A DNA stretch of 64,000 nt, taken from Candidatus Omnitrophota bacterium (GTDB taxonomy: Bacteria > Ratteibacteria > UBA8468 > MWAK01). The stretch's first letter is position 1; each line of letters opens with the position of its first letter. This document shows, one piece after another, positions 37,061 to 47,095 of this stretch. Both the position numbers and the translations under genes were made by a program. The stretch covers positions 46,195 through 110,194 of the forward strand of contig JBDRQI010000004.1 of assembly GCA_043826355.1 (NCBI GenBank), given 5' to 3'. The notes beneath the pieces are model-generated. The model did no database searches. It saw only the letters and a list, made by a program, of their open reading frames with translations, and was not told the DNA's origin.

Positions 37061-38368
37061 ATGATAATGATTTGGAATAAGGAAGCCGAGTGTCAGCCGG
37101 CAAAAGAGAGAGAAAAAATGCAGTTGGAGAGGTTGAAAACGACCGTGCGCCGCGCCTATTACAACGTGCCGTATTATCAAAAGGCGTTCAATAAGGCGGG
37201 AATTAAACCGGAAGAAATTAAATCTCTGGATGACCTGAAAAAGTTTCCTTTCGTTGCGAAGGCCGAATTGAGGGGTGGTTATCCATTCGGCATGCTGGCG
37301 GTTCCGCAGAGTGAGATTGTGGAGATACATATCTCGTCCGGAACGACCGGAAAACCGGTAGTTGCCGGTTATACAAAAAACGATATCGACCTCTGGGGTG
37401 AGGTAATGGCGCGTTCCCTGACGATGGCCGGGACCACCCGTGAAGACATAATCCAGAACGGATACGGGTACGGTCTGTTCACCGGCGGCCTGGGTGTTCA
37501 TTACGGAGCCCAGAAGATCGGCGCAACCCTTATTCCGGTTTCCGCCGGCAATACCAGGCGGCAGTTGGATATTATGCAGGATTTTGGCACGACAATTCTT
37601 ACCTGTACCCCGTCCTATGCCCTGTATCTGGCCGAAGTGGCTGAAGAAGAAGGCCTGATAAACCAGAAGAAATTAAAGTTGCTGGCCGGGTGTTTCGGCG
37701 CGGAAATGTGGACCGAGCGGATGCGGGATGAACTGGAGAAACGGTTTCACCTGCTGGCCCTTAACATTTATGGATTGACTGAAATAATCGGGCCCGGCGT
37801 GGCCCAGGAATGCAAGGAGAAATGCGGGCTTCATATCTTTGAAGACCATTTTTACCCGGAGGTTGTTTCTCCGGAAACGCTGGAACCTCTGCCGGAAGGG
37901 GAGAAAGGGGAACTGGTTCTTACCACGTTGACCCGGGAAGGAACTCCGATGATTCGTTTCCGGACCAGGGATATTACCGCTTTGCAGCGGAGTGCCTGCC
38001 GGTGCGGACGTACCCTGGTCAGGATGGACCGGGTTACCGGCCGGTCCGACGACATGCTTAAAATTCGGGGTGTTATCGTTTTCCCGTCCCAGATTGAAAA
38101 AGCCCTCCTGGAGATAAAAGGAGTGGAACCGCATTATCAGATTATCATTACCCGGCCGCACCAATTGGACGAACTGGAAATTCAGGTTGAAACCTCCCGG
38201 AAACTATTTTCCGATGAAATCAGGCACCTGGAGGAAGCAAGGCATGATATTGAAAAGCATATTGAAGATGTGATTGGAATCAAGGTTAAGGTTACGCTGG
38301 TGGAGCCCAAGACCATTCCGCGCAGCGAAGGCAAGGCAAAAAGGGTTATTGACAAGCGGGAACTGTAG
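37061..38368 (+). CDS. paaK: Phenylacetate-CoA ligase family protein 2
   Basis: [44 protein letters not shown]. Confidence 0.92.
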   Translation: MIMIWNKEAECQPAKEREKMQLERLKTTVRRAYYNVPYYQKAFNKAGIKPEEIKSLDDLKKFPFVAKAELRGGYPFGMLAVPQSEIVEIHISSGTTGKPVVAGYTKNDIDLWGEVMARSLTMAGTTREDIIQNGYGYGLFTGGLGVHYGAQKIGATLIPVSAGNTRRQLDIMQDFGTTILTCTPSYALYLAEVAEEEGLINQKKLKLLAGCFGAEMWTERMRDELEKRFHLLALNIYGLTEIIGPGVAQECKEKCGLHIFEDHFYPEVVSPETLEPLPEGEKGELVLTTLTREGTPMIRFRTRDITALQRSACRCGRTLVRMDRVTGRSDDMLKIRGVIVFPSQIEKALLEIKGVEPHYQIIITRPHQLDELEIQVETSRKLFSDEIRHLEEARHDIEKHIEDVIGIKVKVTLVEPKTIPRSEGKAKRVIDKREL

Positions 38369-38382
38369 GGTAGTTTAACAAC

Positions 38383-38499
38383 GAGATTCTTCGTTATCAC
38401 TCAGAATGACAAACTCGTCTGTCATCCTGAGCCGTGGTTGCGAAGGATCCCGCAGTAAATGTAGGGGCGGGGTTACATCCCCGCCCGCCAGAGGCGGAC
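38383..38499. repeat. REP-like palindrome cluster
   Basis: TCAGAATGACA/TGTCATCCTGA pair plus gtaggggcggggttacatccccgccc and ccgccagaggcggact. Confidence 0.8.
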
Positions 38500-38530
38500 T
38501 CGGTGAAGATCAGTCTGCGGGAGGTAGGTA

Positions 38531-38962
38531 ATGAAAGTCAACCAGATATCTGTTTTTCTGGAAAACAAGAAAGGACGGCTGCTGGAAGCGTTGGAGACGC
38601 TGGCAAAAGCAAAGGCAAATATCCGGGCGCTCTCCATCGCCGATACCTCGGAATTCGGTATTCTGCGCCTGATTGTGCCTGAGCCGGAACAGGCCCGGAA
38701 AGCGCTGGAGAAAGACGGTTTTACGGTTGGCGGGAACGAGGTAATTGTCGTCGGCGTGAATGACAAACCCGGCGGGCTGGCCGGTATTTTACGGGTGTTG
38801 AAGAACGCGAACCTCAACGTGGAATATCTTTACGCTTTTGTCGCCCGAAGCGGAAATAAAGCGGTTGTAGTCCTGCGTACCGAAAATATCAATTCGGGCA
38901 TAAAAGCGCTCCAAAAAGGCGGGGTAAAGGTTCTTTCTGCGCAGGAAGTGTACAATCTTTAA
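38531..38962 (+). CDS. Tandem ACT-domain amino-acid-binding protein
   Basis: QISVFLENKKGRL..NIRALSIADT..FGILRLIV..DKPGGL..NVEYLYAF. Confidence 0.9.
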   Translation: MKVNQISVFLENKKGRLLEALETLAKAKANIRALSIADTSEFGILRLIVPEPEQARKALEKDGFTVGGNEVIVVGVNDKPGGLAGILRVLKNANLNVEYLYAFVARSGNKAVVVLRTENINSGIKALQKGGVKVLSAQEVYNL

Positions 38963-38976
38963 AAATTGTAATAGTT

Positions 38977-39110
38977 TGTCATCCTGAGCCATTAACAATC
39001 TGTCATCCTGAGTTGCGGTTGCGAAGGATCTCTCTTTAACAACGAGATTCTTCGTTTTACTCAGAATGACAAAAAGGTGTCATTCTGAAGCGAAGCGTAC
39101 TGAAGAATCT
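38977..39110. repeat. TGTCATCCTGA palindrome cluster between convergent genes
   Basis: Four motif copies; last one overlaps the iorA stop. Confidence 0.8.
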
Positions 39111-40678
39111 GGTTTATTGCTTTGCTTTGCCGCCAGAATGCAGGGTCTCCGCGAAATAATCACGTTTACCCCTTCGGCATCTAATTTTTCCCGTATTATC
39201 TTTTCCGTCCTTCCGGAGTCAAACGGGTCAATCACCTCCACGGAACGCACTCCGCAGGACAGACATATTTCTTCCAGCGAAACCCTGTTCCCTTCTTTTC
39301 CTTTTGCGCTAATACCGGTCAGCGGAGTAGGTTGGTGGCCGGTCATGGCAATGGAGGAGTTGTCCAGAATCAGAACCAGGATGTCTGCCTGGTTGTAAAC
39401 CGCGCTGATTAGCGCCGGAATCCCGGAGTGGAGAAAGGTGGAGTCTCCGATTACGGCGGCTACTCTTTGAACTCCCTGTTTGGCAATTCCGGCCGCTTTG
39501 CTTATACTGGCGCCCATGCACAGGCAGGTATCCATAGCCGAAAGGGGCGGACTGGCGCCCAGCGTGTAACAGCCGATATCACCGGTGGTAAAATGAGGGC
39601 CGGCTTTTTTAAGCGATTTGTAGAGTTCCCGGTGGGGACAACCGGGGCACATTACCGGCGTCCTGGTTGGCAACCGGTCTTTCATAATAATTACTTTTTT
39701 TTCTTTCCGGCGCCAACTTGGAACGTATTCGGCCAGTATATCCGGTCCCAGTTCCCCTTCCGGTGAAATTTCTCCGGAAATTTTACCCCTTACCCGCGCC
39801 GAATATTTTCGGGCAATCTTCTCCACCATGGGCTCGCCTTCTTCCAGGACCCAGATTTCTTTAAGTCCCTTCGTGAAATCGGCAATCAAGTTTTCGGAAA
39901 ATGGGTAAGCGGAAATTTTAAGAAGCGCAAAATCAGGGCCATATTCACGGGCGTAAGCGTAGCCGATACCGCAGGCGATAATTCCTTTTTTCTGTTTATC
40001 TTTAAAGGCCCTGTTCAGTTTTGAGCGGTCCGTCCATTTTTGCAATTTAACCTGTTTTTCATTCAAAATCCGGTGGCACCGTATAACGTTGCTGGGAATG
40101 GCTAACAATCGTTCCGGGTCTTTTTCCAGTTTAAGCGGGTTTTCCTTGCGGATGGCGCCTATTTTAACCGGAGATAAAGCGTGGGAAATTCTGGTTACGG
40201 TGCGGACCATCACCGGAAGCCCCATCTCTTCCGAGAGGTTGAAAGCCATAATGGTCATATCCTTGGCTTCCTGGGAATCGCTTGGTTCCAGGCAGGGAAT
40301 TTTGGCGAATTCAGCGTAATAACGGGAATCCTGTTCGTTTTGTGAGGAATAGGCGCCCGGGTCATCGGCAACTGCTAAAACAAGCCCTCCCTTAATCCCC
40401 AGGTAGGCGGAAGTCATAAGAGGGTCGGAAGCCACGTTTAAACCCACGTGCTTCATGGAGCAGAGCGCTCTCTTTCCGGCGTAGGATGTCCCGATGGCTG
40501 TTTCCAGGGCAACCTTTTCGTTCAAAGCCCACTGCGCGTCCCCGGAAAAGTTCTGCGCCAGGTATTCCAGGATTTCCGTGGCCGGAGTTCCGGGATAGCT
40601 TATCGCCAGGGAGATTCCCGCTTCAAGCGCGCCCCGGCCAATCGCCTCATTTCCGGAAAGCAGCTCTTTTGGCATCAT
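39080..40678 (-). CDS. iorA: Indolepyruvate:ferredoxin oxidoreductase alpha subunit (no ferredoxin tail)
   Basis: GNEAI, YPGTPATE, KHVGLNVA, SSQNEQD, MCPGCPHR, GDIGCY, GDSTFLHSG, AMTGHQ. Confidence 0.93.
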   Translation of the reverse strand: MMPKELLSGNEAIGRGALEAGISLAISYPGTPATEILEYLAQNFSGDAQWALNEKVALETAIGTSYAGKRALCSMKHVGLNVASDPLMTSAYLGIKGGLVLAVADDPGAYSSQNEQDSRYYAEFAKIPCLEPSDSQEAKDMTIMAFNLSEEMGLPVMVRTVTRISHALSPVKIGAIRKENPLKLEKDPERLLAIPSNVIRCHRILNEKQVKLQKWTDRSKLNRAFKDKQKKGIIACGIGYAYAREYGPDFALLKISAYPFSENLIADFTKGLKEIWVLEEGEPMVEKIARKYSARVRGKISGEISPEGELGPDILAEYVPSWRRKEKKVIIMKDRLPTRTPVMCPGCPHRELYKSLKKAGPHFTTGDIGCYTLGASPPLSAMDTCLCMGASISKAAGIAKQGVQRVAAVIGDSTFLHSGIPALISAVYNQADILVLILDNSSIAMTGHQPTPLTGISAKGKEGNRVSLEEICLSCGVRSVEVIDPFDSGRTEKIIREKLDAEGVNVIISRRPCILAAKQSNKPDSSVRFASE

Positions 40679-40716
40679 AATAAAATAGCACAAAACCGGT
40701 TTTTTTCTCAAGCGAC

Positions 40717-40922
40717 TGTCGCAGCAAAATGATAATGTCTCCTTTGTGCAAAATGAAAACGTCCTCTTTTGCTATACTATCCGGCAAAGGAGGACACATT
40801 GCGAAAGGACATTATCAGAATGAGTAAAAGAGAGATTGACAGACTTGGGGTAATTCAGGAAGTAATGAATAAGCGGACCAGACAGAAGGAAACAGCTCAA
40901 ATGATTTTCCTATCCACCCGCC
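40717..40922 (+). mobile_element. Left-end relic of an ISNCY-like element
   Basis: TGTC terminus with repeated gcaaaatga(t/a)aa(t/c)gtc; RBS aggagg; stub LRKDIIRMSKREIDRLGVIQEV..Q.ETAQMIFLSTR. Confidence 0.6.
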
Positions 40923-40975
40923 ACCCGGCAGGTGCGCCGGATTATCCGGGCAAGTCCACGCACCTTCTCATTCTT

Positions 40976-41551
40976 TTAAGGGTTAACAGCCGAGGCGCCG
41001 GAAGTGCCGGGGGTTTCATTAGAATCGCTTTTGGGAGAAGTTATAAAGGTTTCATCAGGGGCTTCCGGAAGCGCAGCATTTATGAGAGTAACAGCATCCG
41101 GACTTTTTGTACGAGCGTAGACTTCCGTACCTTCCTCTTGATTCAAATTTCGCTTCTCCCTTTTTGCTTTTTCATAAATATTTCGAACAGAAGGATGTTC
41201 GGAGATTACGGACATAAACTGCCTTGTTTTATCCAATGCATCAGTGGGAAAAACATTGGAAATATTTTTGATAATTTGGTCAAGCTCTTTATCGGACAGA
41301 GTAGTAGGCAAGACAGAAAGTTCCTGGTGTAATTTAGCTATATCTTTGTCAGAGAGTATTGCGGATTTAGGCGACTCGACCGTCTGGTTTGGAACAGCGC
41401 TCTGTTGGTCATCTAAAATAGAATTCATATTTTCTTCAGTTTTAACTTTTTCTGAAGACTTTTGGACCGTTTTGAAAGCAATGGCCACAATTAATATTAT
41501 TACTAAAATCGCTGCGACTCCTAACCAATTTTTATTAATTTTATTGTCCAT
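40976..41551 (-). CDS. Hypothetical single-pass membrane protein
   Basis: RBS ggaggg; N-terminal TM WLGVAAILVIILIVAIAF; AT-rich. Confidence 0.6.
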   Translation of the reverse strand: MDNKINKNWLGVAAILVIILIVAIAFKTVQKSSEKVKTEENMNSILDDQQSAVPNQTVESPKSAILSDKDIAKLHQELSVLPTTLSDKELDQIIKNISNVFPTDALDKTRQFMSVISEHPSVRNIYEKAKREKRNLNQEEGTEVYARTKSPDAVTLINAALPEAPDETFITSPKSDSNETPGTSGASAVNP

Positions 41552-41773
41552 TACTTCCCTCCTAATTTTCACAAAAGGCAATCTACATATAGAACAAGGC
41601 GAAGATCTCTGTTTATTTTTAATTTTAACATTCCCAATTTAATTTGTAAAGGGGTGGGTTTGGATACCAAACAAATTATAACACTTTTCTGGAATGCGGT
41701 TAAGAGATATGAAATGGTGATTCGGGGATAGTATAAAAGTAAGGGTGTGAGGGGAATAAGGTATAATATAAGC

Positions 41774-43078
41774 ATGAAAGTTTATGCGCTGAGCCTGGGA
41801 TGTCCGAAAAACCTGGTTGATACCGAAAGGTTTCTGGCTGAACTTGTCGGCAAGAAGTGGGAGGTTGTCGCAGAGCCGTCCGGCGCGGACGTCCTCTTCC
41901 TGAATACCTGCGCTTTTCTCACCGAGGCGGTAGTTGAGTCGAAAAAGTTTTTACGGGACTTAATTACCGTCAAGAAGCGTTTTCCGGGAAAGAAGATTTA
42001 TTTAGCCGGCTGTATGGTTAGACGCTTCGGTAAATCGCTCTTATCCGAATTTCCGGAGGTTGACCGGCTAATTTTTCCTCAGGAAATGGCATTTCTTTCC
42101 GGTCGTTTCCTCTGCACCCCCGGCCATTACGGCTATCTTAAAATTTCCGAAGGTTGCGATAACCATTGTCGTTACTGTCTTATTCCTTTCCTGAGAGGCC
42201 CGTTAAAAAGTTACCCGATGGAACGTTTGATTACTGAAGCAACTGCATTGGTAACCGGCGGCGTGCGGGAATTGAATATTTGTGCCCAGGATACAACGTC
42301 TTACGGAGTTGACCTTTACGGAAAACCGGTTTTAGATAAACTATTGCGGGAAATTTGTCGGATTAAAGATTTACGCTGGGTTCGAATCCTGTATACTTAT
42401 CCGACCGGTTATAACGAGGAACTGATAGAAACGCTTGCAGAACTCACTTCCCCCTCACCTTTATCCTCTCCCCATAGGGGAGAGGGTGGGGTGAGGGGGA
42501 AATTATGTCCCTATCTCGACATCCCTTTACAGCACGCCTCCGACCGGATACTTTCGGAGATGAACCGCCGGGGCAACCAAAAGGAATACCGGAAACTGAT
42601 TGTCCGGTTGCGCCGCGCCGTCCCGGACTTGACCCTGCGCACCACCTTTATTGTCGGTTATCCGGGCGAGACGGAAGAGGATTTTCGGATACTCCTGAAT
42701 TTTGTTAAGGAAGTTGAGTTTGAAAAGATGGGCCTCTTCGCCTACTCGGGGGAAACCGGTACGCTGGCGGCCGATTTGCCGCAAATCCCGCAAACGCTGA
42801 AGGAAGAACGGCTGGAAAAGTTATGGCAGGTCCAGAACGATATTTCGCGGCGAAAAATGGAAAGTTTTGTCGGGCGCGAAGTTGAAGCGGTTGCCGAAGA
42901 TGTTAATCCGGACGATAAGAAAAAGTCTATCGGGAGAACTATTTTTGATGCACCTGAAGTGGACGGTTCAATCTTTCTGGACCGCCTGCTTCCGGCCGGG
43001 ACCTTTGTCAGGGTAAAGATTACTGGTGCGGATTCCTACGACCTGCACGGAAAAGTAACACAAGTACTGTCATCCTGA
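41774..43078 (+). CDS. rimO: Ribosomal protein S12 methylthiotransferase
   Basis: SLGCPKNLVD, NTCAF, KISEGCDNHCRYC, YLDIPLQH, DAPEVDG TRAM region. Confidence 0.95.
   Translation: MKVYALSLGCPKNLVDTERFLAELVGKKWEVVAEPSGADVLFLNTCAFLTEAVVESKKFLRDLITVKKRFPGKKIYLAGCMVRRFGKSLLSEFPEVDRLIFPQEMAFLSGRFLCTPGHYGYLKISEGCDNHCRYCLIPFLRGPLKSYPMERLITEATALVTGGVRELNICAQDTTSYGVDLYGKPVLDKLLREICRIKDLRWVRILYTYPTGYNEELIETLAELTSPSPLSSPHRGEGGVRGKLCPYLDIPLQHASDRILSEMNRRGNQKEYRKLIVRLRRAVPDLTLRTTFIVGYPGETEEDFRILLNFVKEVEFEKMGLFAYSGETGTLAADLPQIPQTLKEERLEKLWQVQNDISRRKMESFVGREVEAVAEDVNPDDKKKSIGRTIFDAPEVDGSIFLDRLLPAGTFVRVKITGADSYDLHGKVTQVLSS
42448..42501. repeat. 54-bp palindrome inserted in frame in rimO
   Basis: ttccccctcacc..cctctcccc-ata-ggggagagg..ggtgagggggaa; arm matches intergenic 3842-3864 at 22/23. 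Confidence 0.85.
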
Positions 43079-43275
43079 GCCCAAAAATAATATGTCATCC
43101 TGAACGCACTCTGTGTCATTCTGAGTGAAACGAAGAATCTCGTCCTTAATAAATACGAGATCCTTCGCAACTTCGGCTCAGGATGACAAAGCATTGTTTT
43201 ACTCAGGATGACAAAGTACGTCAGATTCTTCGGCGGAGTTTACCCTTGAGCAGAGCGAAGGGCCTCAGAATGACA
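43068..43275. repeat. TGTCATCCTGA palindrome cluster
   Basis: 43093-43213 nearly identical to 52327-52443. Confidence 0.85.
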
Positions 43276-43285
43276 GCACCATCTG

Positions 43286-44884
43286 TTATTTAATCTGCGC
43301 GGTCTTTTCCTCAAGCAGGGCCGAGGCATCCGCTGATTCGTTGGCAACGTGCGGCGTAATGAATATCAAGAGTTCCGTTTTTTTCGGTTCTTTAACCGTT
43401 CGTTTGAAAAGATAACCGAGAACCGGAATATCCCCGAAGAAAGGAACTTTATAGGAAGTATCCTTTGTTTGATTTGTTAACAAACCCCCGATTACAACCG
43501 TCTGACCGGCTTTAACCGTAACATTGGTATCGGCTTCCCGGCTGTTGATTCTGGGCAGAATCAGGGTTCCATCTCCAATACCCGAAGAGACAGAATCACC
43601 CAGGGATGTTATTTCCGGGTGGAGAATCATTTCTACCGCGCCTTCCCGGTTAACGTGAGGTATCACCCGGAGACTGATGCCGATGGGTTCGTAATGGTCA
43701 AGCGAACCGGTGATCAAGGTCTTTCCCAGGGCATCGGTAGTCGTGGTGGTGGTCATGATCGGGTATCTCTCTCCAACCATAATTACGGCCGGGTAGTTGT
43801 CCAGGGCCATAATCCGAGGATTAGAAAGGATGTTGGCTTTTCCTTCTCTTTCCAGGGCTTTTATCGTTACGGTTAAAGGACTGTTGTCGTAGCCCAGAGA
43901 GAGTCCGCCCCCGGCTGACATTGCCGGGACAGGAAATACCGGGTTGGTTAAGGATGTCAAACCGTAACTGATATGGTCATGCGTGGTGGCAGCCCAGTCA
44001 ATCCCGATATCCCTTACGTATTCCGAGCCGATTTCCACAATCATCGCTTCAATCAAAATTTGGGATGGTTTCACGTCTAATTGGCTAATAAGTGACTCAA
44101 TTCTGGCTATAACCGCCGGGGAATCAACAACTATCAGGGTTTTAGGTTTTTCTTCATCGGCGGTTATTTCGCGTGCTTTTTTCCCGATGGCAGTTCCGGT
44201 AGTGGAAACGCCGCTCATTTGCCAGCCGCCTACATATAAATTAGTCATCACATCAACCGTTCCGATTTTAGGCGTAAGTTGATTTTTAACAATCTCCTTG
44301 ATTTTTTCTGCGCTTATGTAATTAAGGGTAAATACCTTGGTAACCAGCGTATTGGCGGTCAGGGCAAGATTTTTGGCAGAAAGATTTGTCAGGGTGGAAA
44401 CCAGCATCAGATTACCAACTTTTTCGTAACCAAAACCGTTTACCCCAAGGATTGCTTGCAGGGCTTCTTCCGCCGGCACGTTAACTAATGATATGGTTAC
44501 GGTTCCGGTTACTTCTTTTCCCGCCACGATATTAAATCCATATTCCTGGGCGAAGAGACGCAGGACATCATTGAGGTCAGCATCCTTGAGGTCTAAACTG
44601 AACAGGTTATCGGATTTAATTTTAGGCGCGGATATCTTGGCGAGTAGGTTTCTAGCTTTTTCATAATCAGGATTTATCTGCAGAGATTTGTTTAATTCGC
44701 CAATAGCCGCCTCGGTCTCTCCCTTAAGGTAATATGCCACCCCGGCCCGGAAATGTTCTTCTTCGCTATCGGTTGCGGCGGAGATGATTGGCGCTAAAAA
44801 CAGAAACAGCATTAATTGTAAAAATAAAGCGGCGCTTATTAACAACCTTGTCTGTTTAACCTGTTGTTTTCGAATTGTCATCAT
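43286..44884 (-). CDS. pilQ: Type IV pilus secretin with N-terminal TPR
   Basis: TPR, LDLKDADLNDVLRLFA, QILIEAMIVE, LSNPRI, KVPFFGDIPVLGYLF, ELLIFITP. Confidence 0.9.
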   Translation of the reverse strand: MMTIRKQQVKQTRLLISAALFLQLMLFLFLAPIISAATDSEEEHFRAGVAYYLKGETEAAIGELNKSLQINPDYEKARNLLAKISAPKIKSDNLFSLDLKDADLNDVLRLFAQEYGFNIVAGKEVTGTVTISLVNVPAEEALQAILGVNGFGYEKVGNLMLVSTLTNLSAKNLALTANTLVTKVFTLNYISAEKIKEIVKNQLTPKIGTVDVMTNLYVGGWQMSGVSTTGTAIGKKAREITADEEKPKTLIVVDSPAVIARIESLISQLDVKPSQILIEAMIVEIGSEYVRDIGIDWAATTHDHISYGLTSLTNPVFPVPAMSAGGGLSLGYDNSPLTVTIKALEREGKANILSNPRIMALDNYPAVIMVGERYPIMTTTTTTDALGKTLITGSLDHYEPIGISLRVIPHVNREGAVEMILHPEITSLGDSVSSGIGDGTLILPRINSREADTNVTVKAGQTVVIGGLLTNQTKDTSYKVPFFGDIPVLGYLFKRTVKEPKKTELLIFITPHVANESADASALLEEKTAQIK

Positions 44885-45369
44885 GGTAATACCTCCACAA
44901 CTTCGGCTAATTTTTCTTTAAACTTCGTGATGGCTGCCAGTATCTGCTCAGTCGTTTCCAACGCTTGCCGATATTGAGCAATTTGAATATCATTATTGAG
45001 CTTTTTGTTCAAATTCTTAATCTTCAGGTAGTCAGGGTCTACCGGTTCTTTTTCGACAAAAATATTCACGGGGGGTGCTTTGCCTGACTCCCATACGCTT
45101 GCCGGAGCCGGTCCTCCGACGATATTAATCAGTATCGGCTGGCCAATGGAAAGTATGTTTGGGTCGGAAAGCCTGTTGAGCCGGACAAGCTCGGCGACGG
45201 TAGTTCCATGCCTTTTGGCTATCGTTGACAGGCAGTCACCCGGACGGACCAGGTAAACGGTGGTGCCGTTATCCGGGGCGGCGGCGGTATACGCCGTTAA
45301 TCCAAGGGCCATGCCGGTCAGAAAGATGGTTACGGACGCCAGAATTTTCAATTTATTTATGGTTCTCAT
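44881..45369 (-). CDS. LysM peptidoglycan-binding protein
   Basis: YLVRPGDCLSTIAKRHGTTVAELVRLNRL..ILSIGQ; signal peptide. Confidence 0.9.
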   Translation of the reverse strand: MRTINKLKILASVTIFLTGMALGLTAYTAAAPDNGTTVYLVRPGDCLSTIAKRHGTTVAELVRLNRLSDPNILSIGQPILINIVGGPAPASVWESGKAPPVNIFVEKEPVDPDYLKIKNLNKKLNNDIQIAQYRQALETTEQILAAITKFKEKLAEVVEVLP

Positions 45370-45383
45370 TATTTTATATAATA

Positions 45384-45459
45384 TAGGGGAGGGGCTATGC
45401 CCCCTTCCGCCAGAGGCGGACTTTCAGACCGCGGGCGGGGATGTAACCCCGCCCCTACA
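45384..45459. repeat. GTAG-type REP-like element
   Basis: Shares ccgcgggcggggatgtaaccccgcccctaca with 46997-47082 and (inverted) 38460-38488. Confidence 0.8.
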
Positions 45460-45463
45460 ATTT

Positions 45464-45931
45464 TTAATTTCCCAGCCGGAGAACTTCCTCGTCCGTTCCT
45501 TTTTTTAGAATGACCCGGTCTCTTTCGATGGCGATAATTTTTTTATCGTTCAGGGTGTCTCCAACCCGATAAATTTTTTCATCAATAATCGCGGACGCCT
45601 TATTAGGGCCGACCATAGTTCCGGTAAGGGAATAAGGTGTCCCTTTAATAATTAATTGAAAGGGCTGTGATGAACCGGCGCCGGCCGAAGCGAGGACCGG
45701 CTGCATCGGGTCTCTTTTGGTTGCGTGATAGTATATTGGCAGATTGACCGATTTGGATTTTTCCAGCAGGTCTGCCGTCTCTTCCCAAAAATCTTCTTCG
45801 TTAATTACTTCGGTTATTCCGGGTTCAATTTTTGCCTGGATTGGTTTTTTCCCGGCTAGGCGGAGGCTGAAGAATAGGAATCCTAAAGAAAAGAGCAGGA
45901 GAACTGCAAGAAATACCGTCTTTTTATTCAT
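45464..45931 (-). CDS. PilP/GspC-like pilus assembly protein
   Basis: TM, KRDPM, LTGTM..SAIIDEKIYRVGD..IERDRVIL; position in pilMNO-Q order. Confidence 0.65.
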   Translation of the reverse strand: MNKKTVFLAVLLLFSLGFLFFSLRLAGKKPIQAKIEPGITEVINEEDFWEETADLLEKSKSVNLPIYYHATKRDPMQPVLASAGAGSSQPFQLIIKGTPYSLTGTMVGPNKASAIIDEKIYRVGDTLNDKKIIAIERDRVILKKGTDEEVLRLGN

Positions 45932-46434
45932 TTTGTATAGGCGATAACGTCTATTTTTCCCCGGTGCAGGTTTTCTGCGTTTTCCAGGGTTAACCGGTTT
46001 ATTTGGAAAGGGACCTGGTTTGATTCCAGGAGGTGGATGAAATTTACAATCTGTCGATAGTTTCCCGTAAAGATAATCGTGAAGAAAACTTCACCGGCCG
46101 TTTTGGCGGTATCGTTTTGGGGGGTAGGGATAACAGAGGAAACCCGGATGTTTGCTTTTTGAGTCAAACTTAAAAGCCTGGTCAGGATCGATTTTTCCGG
46201 TACAAAGAGCCTGTTTTCAAGAGTGGCGCCAATCTCTTTCAATCCGTTTCTGGAAGCGATAATATTTTTTTCCTGCTGCATCGCAGATGACTTTAAGGTA
46301 TCGGAATTTAATTTTACTTTTAGTTCTTTTATTTTAAGGTTTTGGGGAAAAACGAAAACCAGAAAAAGAGAAACCATCAACGCCAAATAAACTACGGAGG
46401 CTACCAAAAACCATCTCAAAGGGATTCTTTTCAT
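45928..46434 (-). CDS. pilO: PilO-like protein
   Basis: TM, coiled coil, FTGNYRQIVNFIHLLE; synteny. Confidence 0.75.
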   Translation of the reverse strand: MKRIPLRWFLVASVVYLALMVSLFLVFVFPQNLKIKELKVKLNSDTLKSSAMQQEKNIIASRNGLKEIGATLENRLFVPEKSILTRLLSLTQKANIRVSSVIPTPQNDTAKTAGEVFFTIIFTGNYRQIVNFIHLLESNQVPFQINRLTLENAENLHRGKIDVIAYTK

Positions 46435-46979
46435 TTTTTTATTCCGACCATACTGAAACTGATGGTTCCTGTTTCTTCACTTATCTGTTCAAATTTAATT
46501 TCATTCAATCCCTGTCTAAAATTTTCATTTCCGTTTAATTTTTCCAAAAAGACAGACAGGGGAACCATCGTTTGGTTTCCGGACAACCCCTCTCCTTCCA
46601 GGGAGATAATGTTCCCTTCAAAATTTATCTTGTTGAGATGGAAATGGCTGGGTATGGCATCAGAGAGTACAACCAATTTCGGCGTCAGGACCAGGCGTTG
46701 TTCTTGGAAGAGAACGGTTTTTTTTAATTCTTCCTGCCAGTATTTCTCCTTATCGGTGGGAGAGAACGCCTCTCTTTGTTCTTTCGTCAGGGACAAACCC
46801 TGTTTTTCTATTCGTTTGGTATATTCGGTAATAATGGTTTTATTAGTCGAGCGAACGATACTCAAAATTGCCAGGGAGAAGAACAGGATGGGCAGAAAAA
46901 TACCGATAAGGAAAAAAAGACGCTCTCTTTTTTCAATTGGGGCAGTGTATCTTTCTTTGATTAAATTAATCTTAACCAT
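46431..46979 (-). CDS. pilN: PilN-like protein
   Basis: KINLI start, TM, LSDAIP; synteny. Confidence 0.8.
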   Translation of the reverse strand: MVKINLIKERYTAPIEKRERLFFLIGIFLPILFFSLAILSIVRSTNKTIITEYTKRIEKQGLSLTKEQREAFSPTDKEKYWQEELKKTVLFQEQRLVLTPKLVVLSDAIPSHFHLNKINFEGNIISLEGEGLSGNQTMVPLSVFLEKLNGNENFRQGLNEIKFEQISEETGTISFSMVGIKK

Positions 46980-46996
46980 ACATTTTTGTCAATAAA

Positions 46997-47082
46997 TGTA
47001 TGGGAGGGGCTGCGTCCCCTCCCGCCAGAGGCGGACTTGATGAAACTCAGCCCGCGGGCGGGGATGTAACCCCGCCCCTACA
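46997..47082. repeat. GTAG-type REP-like element
   Basis: Near copy of 45384-45459. Confidence 0.8.
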
Positions 47083-47095
47083 CAAAACTGCAAAT

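Noticed and set aside
39080-39140. iorA as a pseudogene truncated by a repeat
   Set aside because: All core motifs are present and short IorA forms without the ferredoxin tail are known; truncation cannot be shown.
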